Shown in pieces: positions 26,401 through 38,000 of a DNA stretch of 64,000 nucleotides (the first letter of the stretch is position 1; each line of letters begins with the position of its first letter). Made by a program: the position numbers and the translations under genes. The stretch comes from Takakia lepidozioides. Its lineage: Eukaryota; Plantae; Bryophyta. The DNA is taken from NCBI GenBank assembly GCA_030704615.1, contig CM060733.1, positions 27,962,001-28,026,000 on the forward strand. The letters are read 5' to 3'. The notes beneath the pieces are model-generated. The model had not been told where the DNA came from and made no database searches. It saw nothing but the letters and a program-made list of their open reading frames with translations.

Positions 26401-27295
26401 TCGGCTACATGGTGTGCCGCAGGGAACAAAAAAAAAACGCCAAGTCCTAGCCCTCCTCTGTGTTCACGATTACCCTAGTGGGTAACCTTATTAGCAACTT
26501 TTTGACTTTTTAACCTTTTGCACTTTGATTCATTCTAGGTCAGAGGCTAAAGTCCTGCTATCAGACTTGTCTAGAAAACCAAAACACCACGTAGACAAAT
26601 ATTTGATAATGATAATAAAATATATTACCATTGGGCTGGTTTGAACACTTGTTAGTAAATTTAGGTTAGGATTTTTAGGTTAGGATTTTTTCAAAATATT
26701 CTAGTTTTTTCTTTGATGTGTGAGATGACAAAGTCCAAGCATGTCACATAAACAAGGAGTTCAACAAAAGGATGATGCACGTGATTTGTGGCAAAAAGTG
26801 TAAATCATGCCTATGCCTATTTGTCCTAGTTGTGTCATAGGTTGCAACGGAACGGGACCACCTTTGAATGCGATCCCCATGCTCATTTCACCAAGGGCAT
26901 TATAGACTTCATAATGTAGAGATTGAAAATGGGGTGTATTCTTCACTTGCTAGTACCATCGTGCAGATTTCTAAACATGAACATGAAGTTCATAATCATT
27001 TTCCAAGGGCATCATTCTCAAACTCCCCATACACCACAATCAGTGGAAATAATTATATGTTCTTATTTCATACATGTGTGTAACATGCCATGTAAACTAA
27101 AGCCAACTCCTGCCACGCTCATGGTTGTTTTCACACCGTTCTTGCCTGGGGTGTTGACCACATGTGAGACACCCCACAGTTAGGGCATATTTAGACCCAC
27201 ACCTTGGCTTAGTGTACAGACCTGTGATAAAAGCCGTGGAATGTGCCAGGTGTGAGATGGTAGAGCCGTGGAAACAGCCGGTTTCTCTTCTAGTG

Positions 27296-27571
27296 TATGG
27301 AGGTTTCTTGCTGGAGAAGTTTCCAAGATTAAACAAAGGTTTCTTGATGGAGAAGCTTCTTTAAACAAAAGAGGTATCTTGATGGAGAAGTTTCCTCCAA
27401 ATGAAGCTTCCTGAGTAGTTTCCCAAGTTACTCTTGGTAATTTGGTAAACTCCCGGTAACTTGGTAAGTAATGGTAAATCACGATAAGTCATGATAACTT
27501 TCGATAACATGGTAACTTGGTAACTTCTGGTATTTACTCCTGGTAAGTTCTTCTGGGCTATGTCCATGACA
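27296..27571 (-). repeat. 5' LTR, right part
   Basis: Matches 17475-17742 and ends in tgtccatgaca, followed by TSD ATAGC. Confidence 0.92.
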
Positions 27572-27576
27572 ATAGC

Positions 27577-27850
27577 TAGTTCTCTTACATCACCTCTCGA
27601 AAGCCTCTACAAAGAATCTCTGAAGACTCGTCAACGGCCTCATTATCAGCAGGGGTAGAAGGCTGATTCTCATCAACGTCATTTGAAAGATCAAGAATAA
27701 TATAACTTTATATCCGGTAATGTTCTAACATTCTCTCCAAAACATCCTTCCATGTATTGCTTTTACAAATCATTATGCCATTCCATTATGAACGGAAAAG
27801 AGAATACTCAGTCTGAGCTAGTAGCACAATCAAGAGCCGGTTCATCTGCA
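27577..27850 (-). mobile_element. Crypton-like recombinase 5' coding remnant (continues across the TSD)
   Basis: IILDLSNDVDENQPSTPADNEAVDESSE..RLSRGDVREL joins in frame through the TSD to AIVGNGLGE at 17135. Confidence 0.6.
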
Positions 27851-29093
27851 TTTTATTTATTCATTTATTTACCAGTAATATACCCTGGGAGAAGCATGAA
27901 TAAGAAATAATAATACCAAACCTACCGTAAAGTTTATCTAGCTTTGTCTTCTTTTTCTTGAATAAACCCATCTTACAAAAATAGTTAGAGGCTTTGTGTC
28001 TTTTGCCTTACACACCTAATATGTTTTTCCCGACAAAGAACATTGTGGCTTCTAAGGCTGAATAATATAAATAATATTGCAGCTTTTGTACCCATATTTA
28101 GCAATGCCAGCTCATTATGCCATGTAAGGAAAAAAAAAAAAGGAATGTACATAATTCACCACCTATTCCACCGAAATACCACCACACCAAAATATCATGA
28201 GTTGTTTGTCCCTCTAGAGGATGAACATAGCAAAACCTGAAAATCCCTACATGCATCTTTTAGGAAAACAGGAAGAGATAGAAGACATTCTCCCTCTCCA
28301 AAGACAATACTAGTCATATATTTTACATCTAAAATGATGCATTATATTCATCAATAATATGATGTTCATTTTCATAGTTTTGAGATACATTACATTAAAT
28401 CAAAGTTTTGACGAGTCTAACATCATTTCAAAGATTACTAGTGGTTTAAATACTTCATATATGTAGCGTTGGTGTTTTACAAAACATTGCAGGAGTGAAT
28501 GAGATGATAAGCTCAAAACCATTGTATCTGGATAGTTTGTTCTTTTGTCTGGTTATCACGTTGGGTTTGTTTACATTGACTACGTGTAAAGTATTTCTCA
28601 TACCTTAGGCACAATTTGCCTTGTAGTCAATGTCATTGTCTACATATGTTAATTGTTATTAGTATAAGCATTAAATGTGCTTCTACCTTGAGCTCGAAAC
28701 TAATAATATGAATTATTTGGTGTGAAATTTGATTGTGTAGATTACTTAGATAATCCAATATTGTTCTTGCATGGATACGAACTAGTATAATTGTTTAAAT
28801 CTGATGGGAACCAAAGAAGAAAGTCATCCCAAATGATGGTCCACCACAACTACAACCAATAGGTATGTCCTTCTCCATAAATTTTATTTTCCATTAGCCC
28901 CCTAAAGAATTATGGATATGTTTGACTATAAAACTAAACCTACAATATCTGCCCCAATCGTTCAAAAAATAAAAATTTCAGCGAAAGCCCAACGGACACG
29001 GAGAGGCTCTCTGAATATGCATTCTAGAGCATGTGGCAAGTGGCATGGGCCCCACATGGGTGCCACGTGCTTATATTGAATATGGGGGGAGAC

Positions 29094-29150
29094 TTCTAAA
29101 ATGTTCTAGAATGTTCTAGAATTCCCGGTCCCTCTAGAATGTTTTAGAAT
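29094..29150. promoter_or_regulatory. Heat-shock element array, with TATA-like (29071-29076, minus) and G-box CACGTG (29064-29069) nearby
   Basis: gTTCtaGAAtgTTCtaGAAt is four contiguous alternating nGAAn units, with degenerate units on either side. Confidence 0.55.
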
Positions 29151-31468
29151 TGAGGGAGCGGGTCCCGCTAGAACGTACCTACATAGTGGCTTAGCATTGT
29201 ACCAAAGGCTGCAGAGGCATCGGTAGAGGCTGGCGGCAGAAGGAGGAGGGAAGTCGCGATAGGCGTTGGCGGGGCAGCAGGAGGAGGGGGGTTGCGGTAG
29301 GGGTAGGAGGAGGGAGGCTCTAGGGAGGCTCTATATGCAAGTTAAGTTCTTTACTTAGTTCATTTCTTTCCTGACATACTTTTGAGGAAAGAGACTGAGC
29401 ATATTGGTGGCCAGAAAAGTTTTTCATAATGATGTTAAAAAAAAAAAATGGGAAGAAAGAAAGCTCAGTTGGACAACATATCATATTTGCATCCCCATCT
29501 TTAAATTTGTCATAGTCACCGCATGAAGAACTTCAGAAGCAATAGTTGCAAGATTTGTGACATCGATGTTGTAGCTACCAACCAACTCACAATAATTATA
29601 ATTTGTCAAGTCTCAAATTTATGAATGTGTATATCTTGAAGGTGTCATCAAGAATCAGTAGTTGTACATAACAAATAACAACCAGTGCATCTTTTTTGAT
29701 GATGTCGACGAAGCCCCTAGGTCTTTTCTAAAACACGGCTCCGATACCACTACTTATGTTTCTCTCCAATTCTCAATCGTGAAAAAATCCAACCCAGTTC
29801 AGTCTTACTCCAGTGCAAAGCTCTGTTCATTCGATTTACAAAGTTTAACTCTGCAGAGAGGAGGGGGCTCACCTCCCTACTTCCTAGTAACAAAGAAAAC
29901 CAACAACGATTTCTAGCAACTGCAAACAAACTACAGCTGCATGATACCGGTTCAGCAAATATGTCAAATGTGCAGTTTTGATAAGACACTTCATGACAGC
30001 CTTCCAGTATAAATGGAGAGATTACGTGCATAGAATCGATAGTCTGCATGATGTTGCTGCCCATGATACATTATAATGAAGAGTCGGTTTGGATTTATTT
30101 TTATTTATCTTCTCACGTCGTTCCCTTTTTCTTGTGCTCTACATGCGCTTTTGTTGAAGTTCCAAAACCCAAGAAGCTCGTACGTTATAAAAGACGACGA
30201 GCCATCTAAAGCACCAATGTCACATGGCCCTTCTACCGCATGGAGGGTGTGACACTGGTGGGTGTGGTTTACATAGCCAATCACAGAGCTGAATGAAAAT
30301 TTCACAGTAAAAAGAGAGGTCGAGGGAGTTAAAGGAGGAAAAAAATAGTCGTTGAGGTAATCAAGGGGTTTCAACGTGCAAGGCTATGCGCTTGTGCAGA
30401 ACTCATTATCTACCAAGTGGAGTTGCTTTCAGGTCACAAACGACATCAGATCTGAAGCCATGCTGTTGAGTTGTAGTTACCATCCAAGTTTATTGTAGTA
30501 TGTGACAAATAAATAGGCACCGAACAACATAACATAGACGACATCACATACATCCCCATAGTGCACACAACATCCCCACATTATAGCTGCTACATGTGAT
30601 TTAATAAGGTTGCGTTACGAGTTACTAAACTACATTAATGACATCCCACTCGAGCACAAGTCTCTTGAGGAAATCATGCCACAATTGATATATATGATGC
30701 ACCCGCCTTATAGTATACAATGTTGCAAGTGGTTTGCATACGATAGTTAAAACAACTCGCAGTCTTTTACATGATACTCCTTTGATCCTTGTAGCAGCTG
30801 ATCTTGTGGATTGGGATTCTTTGATTGGCTAATATGAACACTAATTAGCGACAGAAATAACAAACTTTTGCTAAGAGAAATATTCCCAAATCGCAGCTCA
30901 TACAGGCCTTGAACTATAATTGTAGGGTGTGCTACTCAGAAGAATTCTTACAGGGACTTGCAATTTACGTTTGACTTCAGACTGGGAAATTTTTTTATTT
31001 CTAAGGCCTCGAAAAGAATCGAGGGGTCTAACCCTTGCACGTGCATAAGTGCAGGTGATCCAACACCGCTTTAATGTTCATTCTTGGCCAGATTTCTGGC
31101 CTACCCATTGGCAGTGGTGGAGTTGTCAACCTTGTGGTTTTGATTGGATTGTATTCACTAAATATTTTTAGTATCTAGACATACCATTCGGATGAGAGGT
31201 GATGGAGGCTTAAGAGGTAAAACTTCGTGTTAACTTGACATCAATCGTAACATGATTGGGTTTTTCCTAACAAGGGTTTTGTCCTTCCCCCAATTTGCAA
31301 GGTAAGGTTTTCCCTCTTAGTTTTTTTTTTCATCCCTCTCGGAACCGTAGTATTAGCTTTGTATTTTGGCTTGGTGGTTGATCTTCATCTCACTACTCAG
31401 CTTGCTCGAGCTCGCTCCTCATAGCGTGGGCGAGTATTACGTTCTGGGATGAGGGATTCAATCCACCT

Positions 31469-31660
31469 GGCATATATGCTCTTATGTTCGTCATGTAAAT
31501 GAAAAACAACATAGTGGGCATATATGCTCTTATGTTCGTCATGTAAATGAAAAACAACATAGTGGGCATATATGCTCTTATGTTCGTCATGTAAATGAAA
31601 AACAACATAGTGGGCATATATGCTCTTATGTTCGTCATGTAAATGAAAAACAACATAGTG
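31469..31660. repeat. Perfect tandem repeat, 4 x 48 bp
   Basis: ggcatatatgctcttatgttcgtcatgtaaatgaaaaacaacatagtg, four identical copies. Confidence 0.97.
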
Positions 31661-31745
31661 GTTGGCAGATTTAGTGCTATCCTAATTTTGGTAATTGCTA
31701 TCTTGTCCTATCCAATGTCAACAGCAACATAATCACACAGGACAA

Positions 31746-32110
31746 CCAGCATGTAGCCAGCAGTGTTTTTTTAAGAAATTTGGAAAACAGCACGAGCGGC
31801 TACAGAGTTTTGCAGGAAATAGCCATTTATTCTGTTCATCCACTGTAATTCATCCACCTATGTGCCATCATCCATTATATCATCCATATTTGGCGAATTC
31901 ATCATAATTTATTTTGTATTTGGAGAAATTTGGAGATTTCATCCATAAAAAAACAGTGGATTTGCCACAGAATATTCGATTTTATTTTTTGAGGGTCGAA
32001 ATCTGGCAATTATTCGCCACTAAAAGAATGGCTGGTAGCCAGTGGTAATGGGCACATACCACGTTGGATGTGGTTGTGGGTTCAAACCACCGTCTGGTGT
32101 GTCATGAAGG
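31746..32110 (+). mobile_element. tRNA-derived SINE head, interrupted in its A box by a MITE
   Basis: After MITE removal the sequence reads tgtagccagtggtaatgggcacataccac...ggttgtgggttcaaacc, similar to 38717-38773. Confidence 0.65.
31761..32034. mobile_element. hAT-type MITE, TSD GTAGCCAG
   Basis: CAG...CTG termini; 8-bp TSD at 31753-31760 and 32035-32042; second copy at 3462-3703. Confidence 0.8.
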
Positions 32111-32671
32111 TGTCCAGCTTTCAGCTGGAAGGCAGTAGCCCTTGTGGTGAAGTGACACCATAAGTCATACTTTTCTTTTTTTTATCACACAGCTGGAGGC
32201 TGTTTTTTCTTTATCACATACTTAGCTGGAGGCTGATGTGTGGTAGAGAAAGGTTGTAATCTGGATAGCCAGTGAAGCTTCGCCAGCTGGAGTTTGTGAT
32301 TAGATTAGTGCTACCTATTTATTAATCTATGTAGCGGGCGTTTTACAGGTGTTAATTTGGAGAACTTGGATGTGCTCAAGTGTGTTGGATGTGTTGTGGT
32401 GATTCTGCGTTGGCTTCTTGATTGCTGCTCTCACCCTAGTGCTCAGCGATATATTCCCCACTGTCGATTAGGCACGCCTTACGAGCTGCGAAACCTCTTG
32501 TTAACCGAAATCTCGAGAGGAAAAGGCAATGCCCTGGGTAGAGAAGTAAGTCTAAAAATTATTCAAGAAGTGCAGGCTGAAGAGCAGAGTCGACAAGTGC
32601 TATCAGTGCTCTTGCTGGAGAACGGCAACATAGCATTGTTGCAAGTCATGGAAATAATTCGCCAGATATTA

Positions 32672-33043
32672 GAGTTATCCGTAAAGTGAGCCTGAGTTTG
32701 GTACCCTGTTTGGACCCGAGTTACGGGTTTCATCCCGAGTTTGAGTGAATTCGTAAAGTGCAGAAAACTGAGCACGAAGTCAGAAAAGAGGGCACCAAAT
32801 CATAAACTGGGGATGAGGGCAACCGCTGCTATGGCGCGAGCTCGTGAGCTCTGACCGCCTCCGCCTCGACGACCATCAAAACTCGGCACCAAACTCCTGC
32901 CACCCCCATTTTCCTAGTCCTGGCAGTTTGGTCCCATGTTTTTTTCTAGTCGTACCGCTTGATCCTGAGTTTGGAGTTTCATGCCCAGTTTTTGCCAAAC
33001 TCAGGGTTCTCATGCCGAGTTTGGGACCCTTTACGGATAACTC
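32672..33043. mobile_element. MITE with 15-bp perfect TIR GAGTTATCCGTAAAG, flanked by TA (Tc1/mariner-like)
   Basis: ta|gagttatccgtaaag ... ctttacggataactc|ta; internal ccgagttt/aaactc subrepeats. Confidence 0.8.
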
Positions 33044-33119
33044 TATTGTCCTTCCCTTTGTCAGCTGTGGAGACATGTGCTAGCGCTTAAAGTCAAGATT
33101 ATGGTCGGGGGGCAAAGGT

Positions 33120-33470
33120 ATTTATGTTGTTTGACTCTCAGAAAGAAGCAGCAGTTGTCTGTTAAAGATGATGATTCAGCATTGTTCGGAAGCTACCATT
33201 TCAATTTAGGGTGATTTCTAGCTTGTGGCACTAATATGTTCTTTTGTCCACACTGTTCTCTGACGATTAATGGTGATTGTGTCTGTTGACCAGCTGCAAA
33301 GTCTAGTGGTGTCTCATCTCAGGGAGAGAAAGATGAGACAGAGCCATCTTCAACCACAAAACAGAGGGACAGGTGATTTTCGAGTGATTTTCATGGGGAG
33401 CCGTCATCCTGACAGCATGTAGTGCTCATGCATATGTACTGATCATGTTTCCTTCACCTTCATTTTGCCA
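33120..33470 (+). pseudogene. Degenerate duplicate of PGBD-gene 3' region (exon 8, intron, 3' flank)
   Basis: ttgactctcagaaagaagcagcagt, gctaccattt, tgcaaagtctagtgg, tttcatgggga and cttcaccttcatt match 9026-9925. Confidence 0.8.
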
Positions 33471-33710
33471 ATCAATTGATAAGCTCCAGATTTCTTGTGC
33501 TACCTCAATTTAGTATTATTATCTCTAAGTTACATAGTCGCATGCGAGTCTGTGGTCGTAATATTTAGCTACTGAATACAATTTCAAACAGAGGATATCA
33601 ATACGTTGTGCTCCATCATTACAAATATCCTTCAGACTGATAGTCAAGGATCAGCCGTGGTATCACCTCAGAGTGCCCAGCATATGCATGTGCAGAAGAT
33701 TATCTCGAAT

Positions 33711-35063
33711 TTATGCTTTGACGAATTCCAAGACGGAGAGATAACCGAAATTGATGACACTGTCCAGGCGTGAAAAGCCTGCTGCCATAGCCAGATGCCG
33801 AAATTCCTGCTCAGTGCGCTCCTTGGCGCCCAGTGGGTTGTAGGACAGCATGATGAGGTCCATGCGGAAGAGCATTCGAGCGCCTACTCCATGATCAACA
33901 TCCCCAGGCACCACTGATTCAACTGCTATAACCTTTCCATTGGGTGGGAGTGCCTCGTAGCAGTTCTTCAACACCTTGATGCAATCGTCATCGCTCCAGT
34001 CATGCAATATCGACTGTTCCAATGATTCACCAGAACCCACTCTCCAGTCAAGGGCAATCTTGAGAAAATTCTTGCAGCATTAGCTCATTCTTGAGTAAAG
34101 GCATGGGGAAAGCAAATTGAATTTCGGGACAGGGTCGGCAGGGTACCTTCATGAAGATAGCATCACCCGATGGTACACTCTCAAACATGTCGCCACCTTT
34201 ATGCTCCACGCCTGACATGCACGGGATATAACAACTTCGATCAATTGAACATAACAGCACAAACCAGGGACTTTCAAAATGATAATCGGAGAATGTGTTC
34301 AGAGCGCACCAGGAAAAGAAGGGGCAACTGCAACAACATGAGGCTGGTCGAAGTTTACACCCTGAATGTGGGGGTACTTTTTAATGATGAGGCCGAGGGA
34401 GGAGCCCCAGCCTCCCCCTACATCGATCAAGCGCTTCACATCACAGAAGCCTTGGTAGGCACCCAGGAAAAGCTGCATGAAGAGGTTCGAATGGTTGGAC
34501 ATGGCTGCGTTGAATACTGCATCAAAACGTGGATCTTTAGTGCCATACTCAAATATACTCTTTCCATGTGCTTTCTTGAAAGGTTCACTGCTGTCATCCA
34601 CAACACAGTTGTGGAGCTGCTGCCACGCTTCCGTGATAATGTGGTCCTGGCTCATCAAAAGCATCGGTCCGGTCGAGAACCCCTCCTCATTCTTGACGTA
34701 ATACTTGCTCACTGGCAGTAACCCGTAACGACGCACCATCTTGGTACCATCTGCCTGTTTCACTATAGTTTCGCTGAAGAAATCCTGGCTCGCTAGCACA
34801 CGGAGAATTCGATCCAAGTAGACAGCATTGAGTCGTTTTCCAGGCATGACTTGCAGGGCAAGCTCTTCAGCTGTCAGACCCGCACCAGGTCCGGCTTTGG
34901 CTATGGTTTCGGGAACGTTCAGTAGAATGGCGGCTTTCAAAGCTTCAGGTACTGAGCTCATGGTGAAGAAGTCCATTGCTTGTAACCATGCTTTGTCAGC
35001 TACAGACCGCTGCTGCTGGAATGTGCCAGACTGCCCATCACCTTCAGTGTCACCCAATGCCAT
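33711..35063 (-). CDS. COMT: COMT-like O-methyltransferase, copy 3, 373 aa. Exons 34310-35063, 34147-34211, 33711-34013.
   Basis: Close paralogue of copy 2: [27 protein letters not shown]. Exon lengths 754+65+303 stay in frame. Confidence 0.93.
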
Positions 35064-38000
35064 TGTCGCTACTATCCACGACAATTTATCTCGCTTCGTC
35101 AATTACAGACACACAGGCCGTCCCAGCAGAGAGTTCTATTTCCTCACCATACAAACACTCCTTCAATGGTTCTGCCTCAGAGTTCCCACACCTGCTGGAG
35201 GCCAGGCTACACAGAATAGAATAGAATAGAACTTCTTTCGCGTGGTGTTAGAACAGCAGCAACGCAGCGAGGAAGGAAACACGAGAAGCAGCAAGCAGTG
35301 CACTGACAGAGAGACTCGGCCACCACGAATATATATGTGTAGCTGGGCTGTGCCCTTCGGCCGACTTTCCCTGTTTTGCTGACGGCATGCGCAGGGAAGA
35401 TGGGTCGTGTAAGTGGGTATCTGACTGTTTCAGTTGCGGCGAGGCGGCGGTCGATTCGACCTCAGCAACCTGTTATCAGTAAGTATGTAGCAAGTTAGCA
35501 TGAGAGAGTTGACTAGCTCAGCAGGCAAGTTCGTTCCGGTTCCTCACTCGCAATCTAGGGCTGGTTTCCTCTTTATACCTCATTGGTAGTACATAAGTTA
35601 GGCAGTATACTACCATACCCCTATACCGGGTTCGGCATTTTGACTCCTAAATATCATGGAAAGCAAATGCAAACATGATAGTCATGTTCCCCAAACTGCG
35701 AACAAAGTTGGGTATGGAACAAGCAAGGAGCAGTTAGGGAATGGAAGTCCATGAGGTGATTTCCACCCGGTTGATTTGAATTAGGGTCGGCCCTTTTTAG
35801 TTGTTATGCATGAAGAGTTTTGAAAACTTAACAGTTATACATTTATACATGTATAACAACAACCAATTGAAGGAGGGGAGAAATATCATACCATAACAAT
35901 TATAAATAAGTGACCACAGATCAACTTCATAAAAAGTAACATTTTTTTCTTACATTCATTAATTATTAGTAAAGTAAGAAAGAAGGTATGCTATTATATT
36001 TTTATTTTTATTTTTATTTTCCTAGTAGGAGAAAAAGAAAGAAGGTATGTTTATCCAGCCTGAATTGGTGGAGTCCTCTTTTTGAATTGACAAATATTTT
36101 GGTTGTTGTTCATTGTATAGTTGGATTGAAAGTAGAGCGGTTTTAATTCCAGGAAACAGCATTGCGGGTAAGTTACTTGTGGAATCGGAATTTCCTCTTC
36201 GGCGTCAAACTTCTTGTGCTGGGCCAACCATGTCCCAAAACTCATTATTGCTGGTTGAAATCTCTTGTTTAAATCAAAGGGGATCAAAATTAATTAACTC
36301 CAAAGCAGACGGAAAGCTCAGCAAACTATCGCAAAAGTCCAATCAATCTCATCCAGCTCTTATAATGGACACTTGATCAGGAAGCATCACCGGGCTTCAC
36401 CCATTCAAGTTCGGCACTTCAAACAAACCACAATGCCTCTTGGAAGCGTAATCACAAATGACATGGATGTGCCATACTTGCTCAATCATTTGCAAATTTG
36501 ACCAACTAATTACAGGGTGGACTCTACATGGATAACTGTTACATCAACAATCTGGTTTCAAAGTCAAACCCCATTCCCATTCTTTGATTGCATAGAAATC
36601 AATGGGTTGGCAGTGAACGTTGACGTCAACTGAAGGGCCCCTTTTTTAATGTCTTGGTGGACTTTGAATTGAGGGATAGGTATGTTGAATGATAGTGAGT
36701 CCTGTGGGTCCTTGGGAATCCTGTGGGTCTGTGTTTTGTTTTTCATTTTTCAAAGCTCGTTGGCGGGTCCACCTATCTACCCAACAGCCACGTGGCAAAA
36801 ATAATGAGCTGACGCGTTTTGAAAGGTGGCTATATGACAGGTGGCACGTCGCACCTATACTTGTCGTCTACTCCGTAGTACGCGCCTTCTCCATTTATGC
36901 GGCCCCTACTCGATATTACAGTCTCTGTTGGTATGTAGTAGGGAAGGGAAATGACACCTCCGCGACGTAAGGAAATTGCCATCTATTTGGAAAGATGCCG
37001 AGACAACATCTAAGACTACGCTTACCCAACGAGTTGAATGTAACCGTGGGAGCTTGCCCGTACGGTTTCCCGGGATGGCCGTACCCGCAGCGTTCCGGCA
37101 AGGCGTGCTGTTAAATCCCCACCCCCCTTGCTCCTCTCTCACCTGCCAGTCTGTATTATAAATTAAAGCATTAAGAGATTGGAGTACAGTAAGAAATGGC
37201 TGGTAGCGTGATGGCCAGCTGCAATATTGCATTGTAACAATGAGGTTGGAGGTCCATTCTGTGACAGACAGGGCAGATCGAACGATTCATCGCATTTGTG
37301 ACTAATTGACATCACTTTTCATGTCCAAAATAATTCTTAGTTCAAGATCCCCGCTCCCCTCTTCCCACCCCTGCTCATCCCCCCTCCCCCCCAATGTTCT
37401 GCTCCCTATGTTCCCTGTCGTTGCTTCCCTGTCCTACTATGGGGAGCAGGGGAACAGGAGGTGTGGAGCGCACTCCACCTTACTAATGCGGGATGAGATT
37501 TGACTGCAGTATGTCGGGATGAGATTTGTGGGCCAGCGGGCTCTACCGCCTCCCAAGCTTGCCTTAAGTTAAACTCTTTGGGCAAGGTAGTCCTCGCCCT
37601 CCAAGGCTGGCTAAACAAAATGAAATACAAGTAAAGACAACAAAATAAAAAAAATACAAAGACTTATTGGCAAGCTCTTTAGGAGATGGAAGTTTTCCAG
37701 CGAATGGACTTGGATTATAGTCAACAGATGGATTTTAAGAGTCAGACCCATTTCACATAGCGATTGAATGTCAAACCCAATTTTGGATGACGTCATAGAT
37801 GGGAACGTGTTTACATGGGAAGTCGCTGGTCAGCGCCACACTAGATTGCCCCATTTGGGCCCTCATCCGATTTTTTTCAATGTTCCTGGACTTCGATGTC
37901 ATTGAAATGCTGATAGCAACCAAACTTGTAGCCCTGCTCTCCACTGCCACCTGCCCCTCCGTGATTACATACGAAACCGCACGATTTACGATTACATACA

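Larger units (their letters stand above)
22069..27295. mobile_element. Non-autonomous Pack-CACTA element (5227 bp), TSD TAT
   Basis: Termini CATTAGAAGAGAAAACCGGC and GCCGGTTTCTCTTCTAGTG (reverse complement CACTAGAAGAGAAACCGGC). TAT at 22066-22068 and 27296-27298. Subterminal TTCCACGGC/GCCGTGGAA repeats; the empty site is seen in the other LTR; no transposase. Confidence 0.92.
17136..27571 (-). mobile_element. Ty3/gypsy chromovirus (Tcn1-like) LTR retrotransposon, internally deleted, TSD ATAGC
   Basis: TG...CA LTRs; ATAGC at 17131-17135 and 27572-27576. Gag PEKFDGTRSRF, RT C-half (YLDDILIFS), RNase H TDASDFALG, integrase, and chromodomain EYEVDEVLDSR...YFVHWKGY...TWEP (~18380-18535). Protease and RT N-half are missing at the ~20840 junction. 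Confidence 0.95.

Noticed and set aside
29530-30900. Possible NB-ARC/LRR remnant (CIFFDDVDE)
   Set aside because: Only one kinase-2-like motif; P-loop and GLPL are not convincingly present.
31469-31660. CRISPR-like array or 16-aa repeat protein
   Set aside because: The units are directly adjacent with no spacers, the context is eukaryotic, and the ORF is a by-product of a 48-bp period.
36050-36600. Possible degenerate minus-strand coding sequence
   Set aside because: Multiple stops and no recognisable family.
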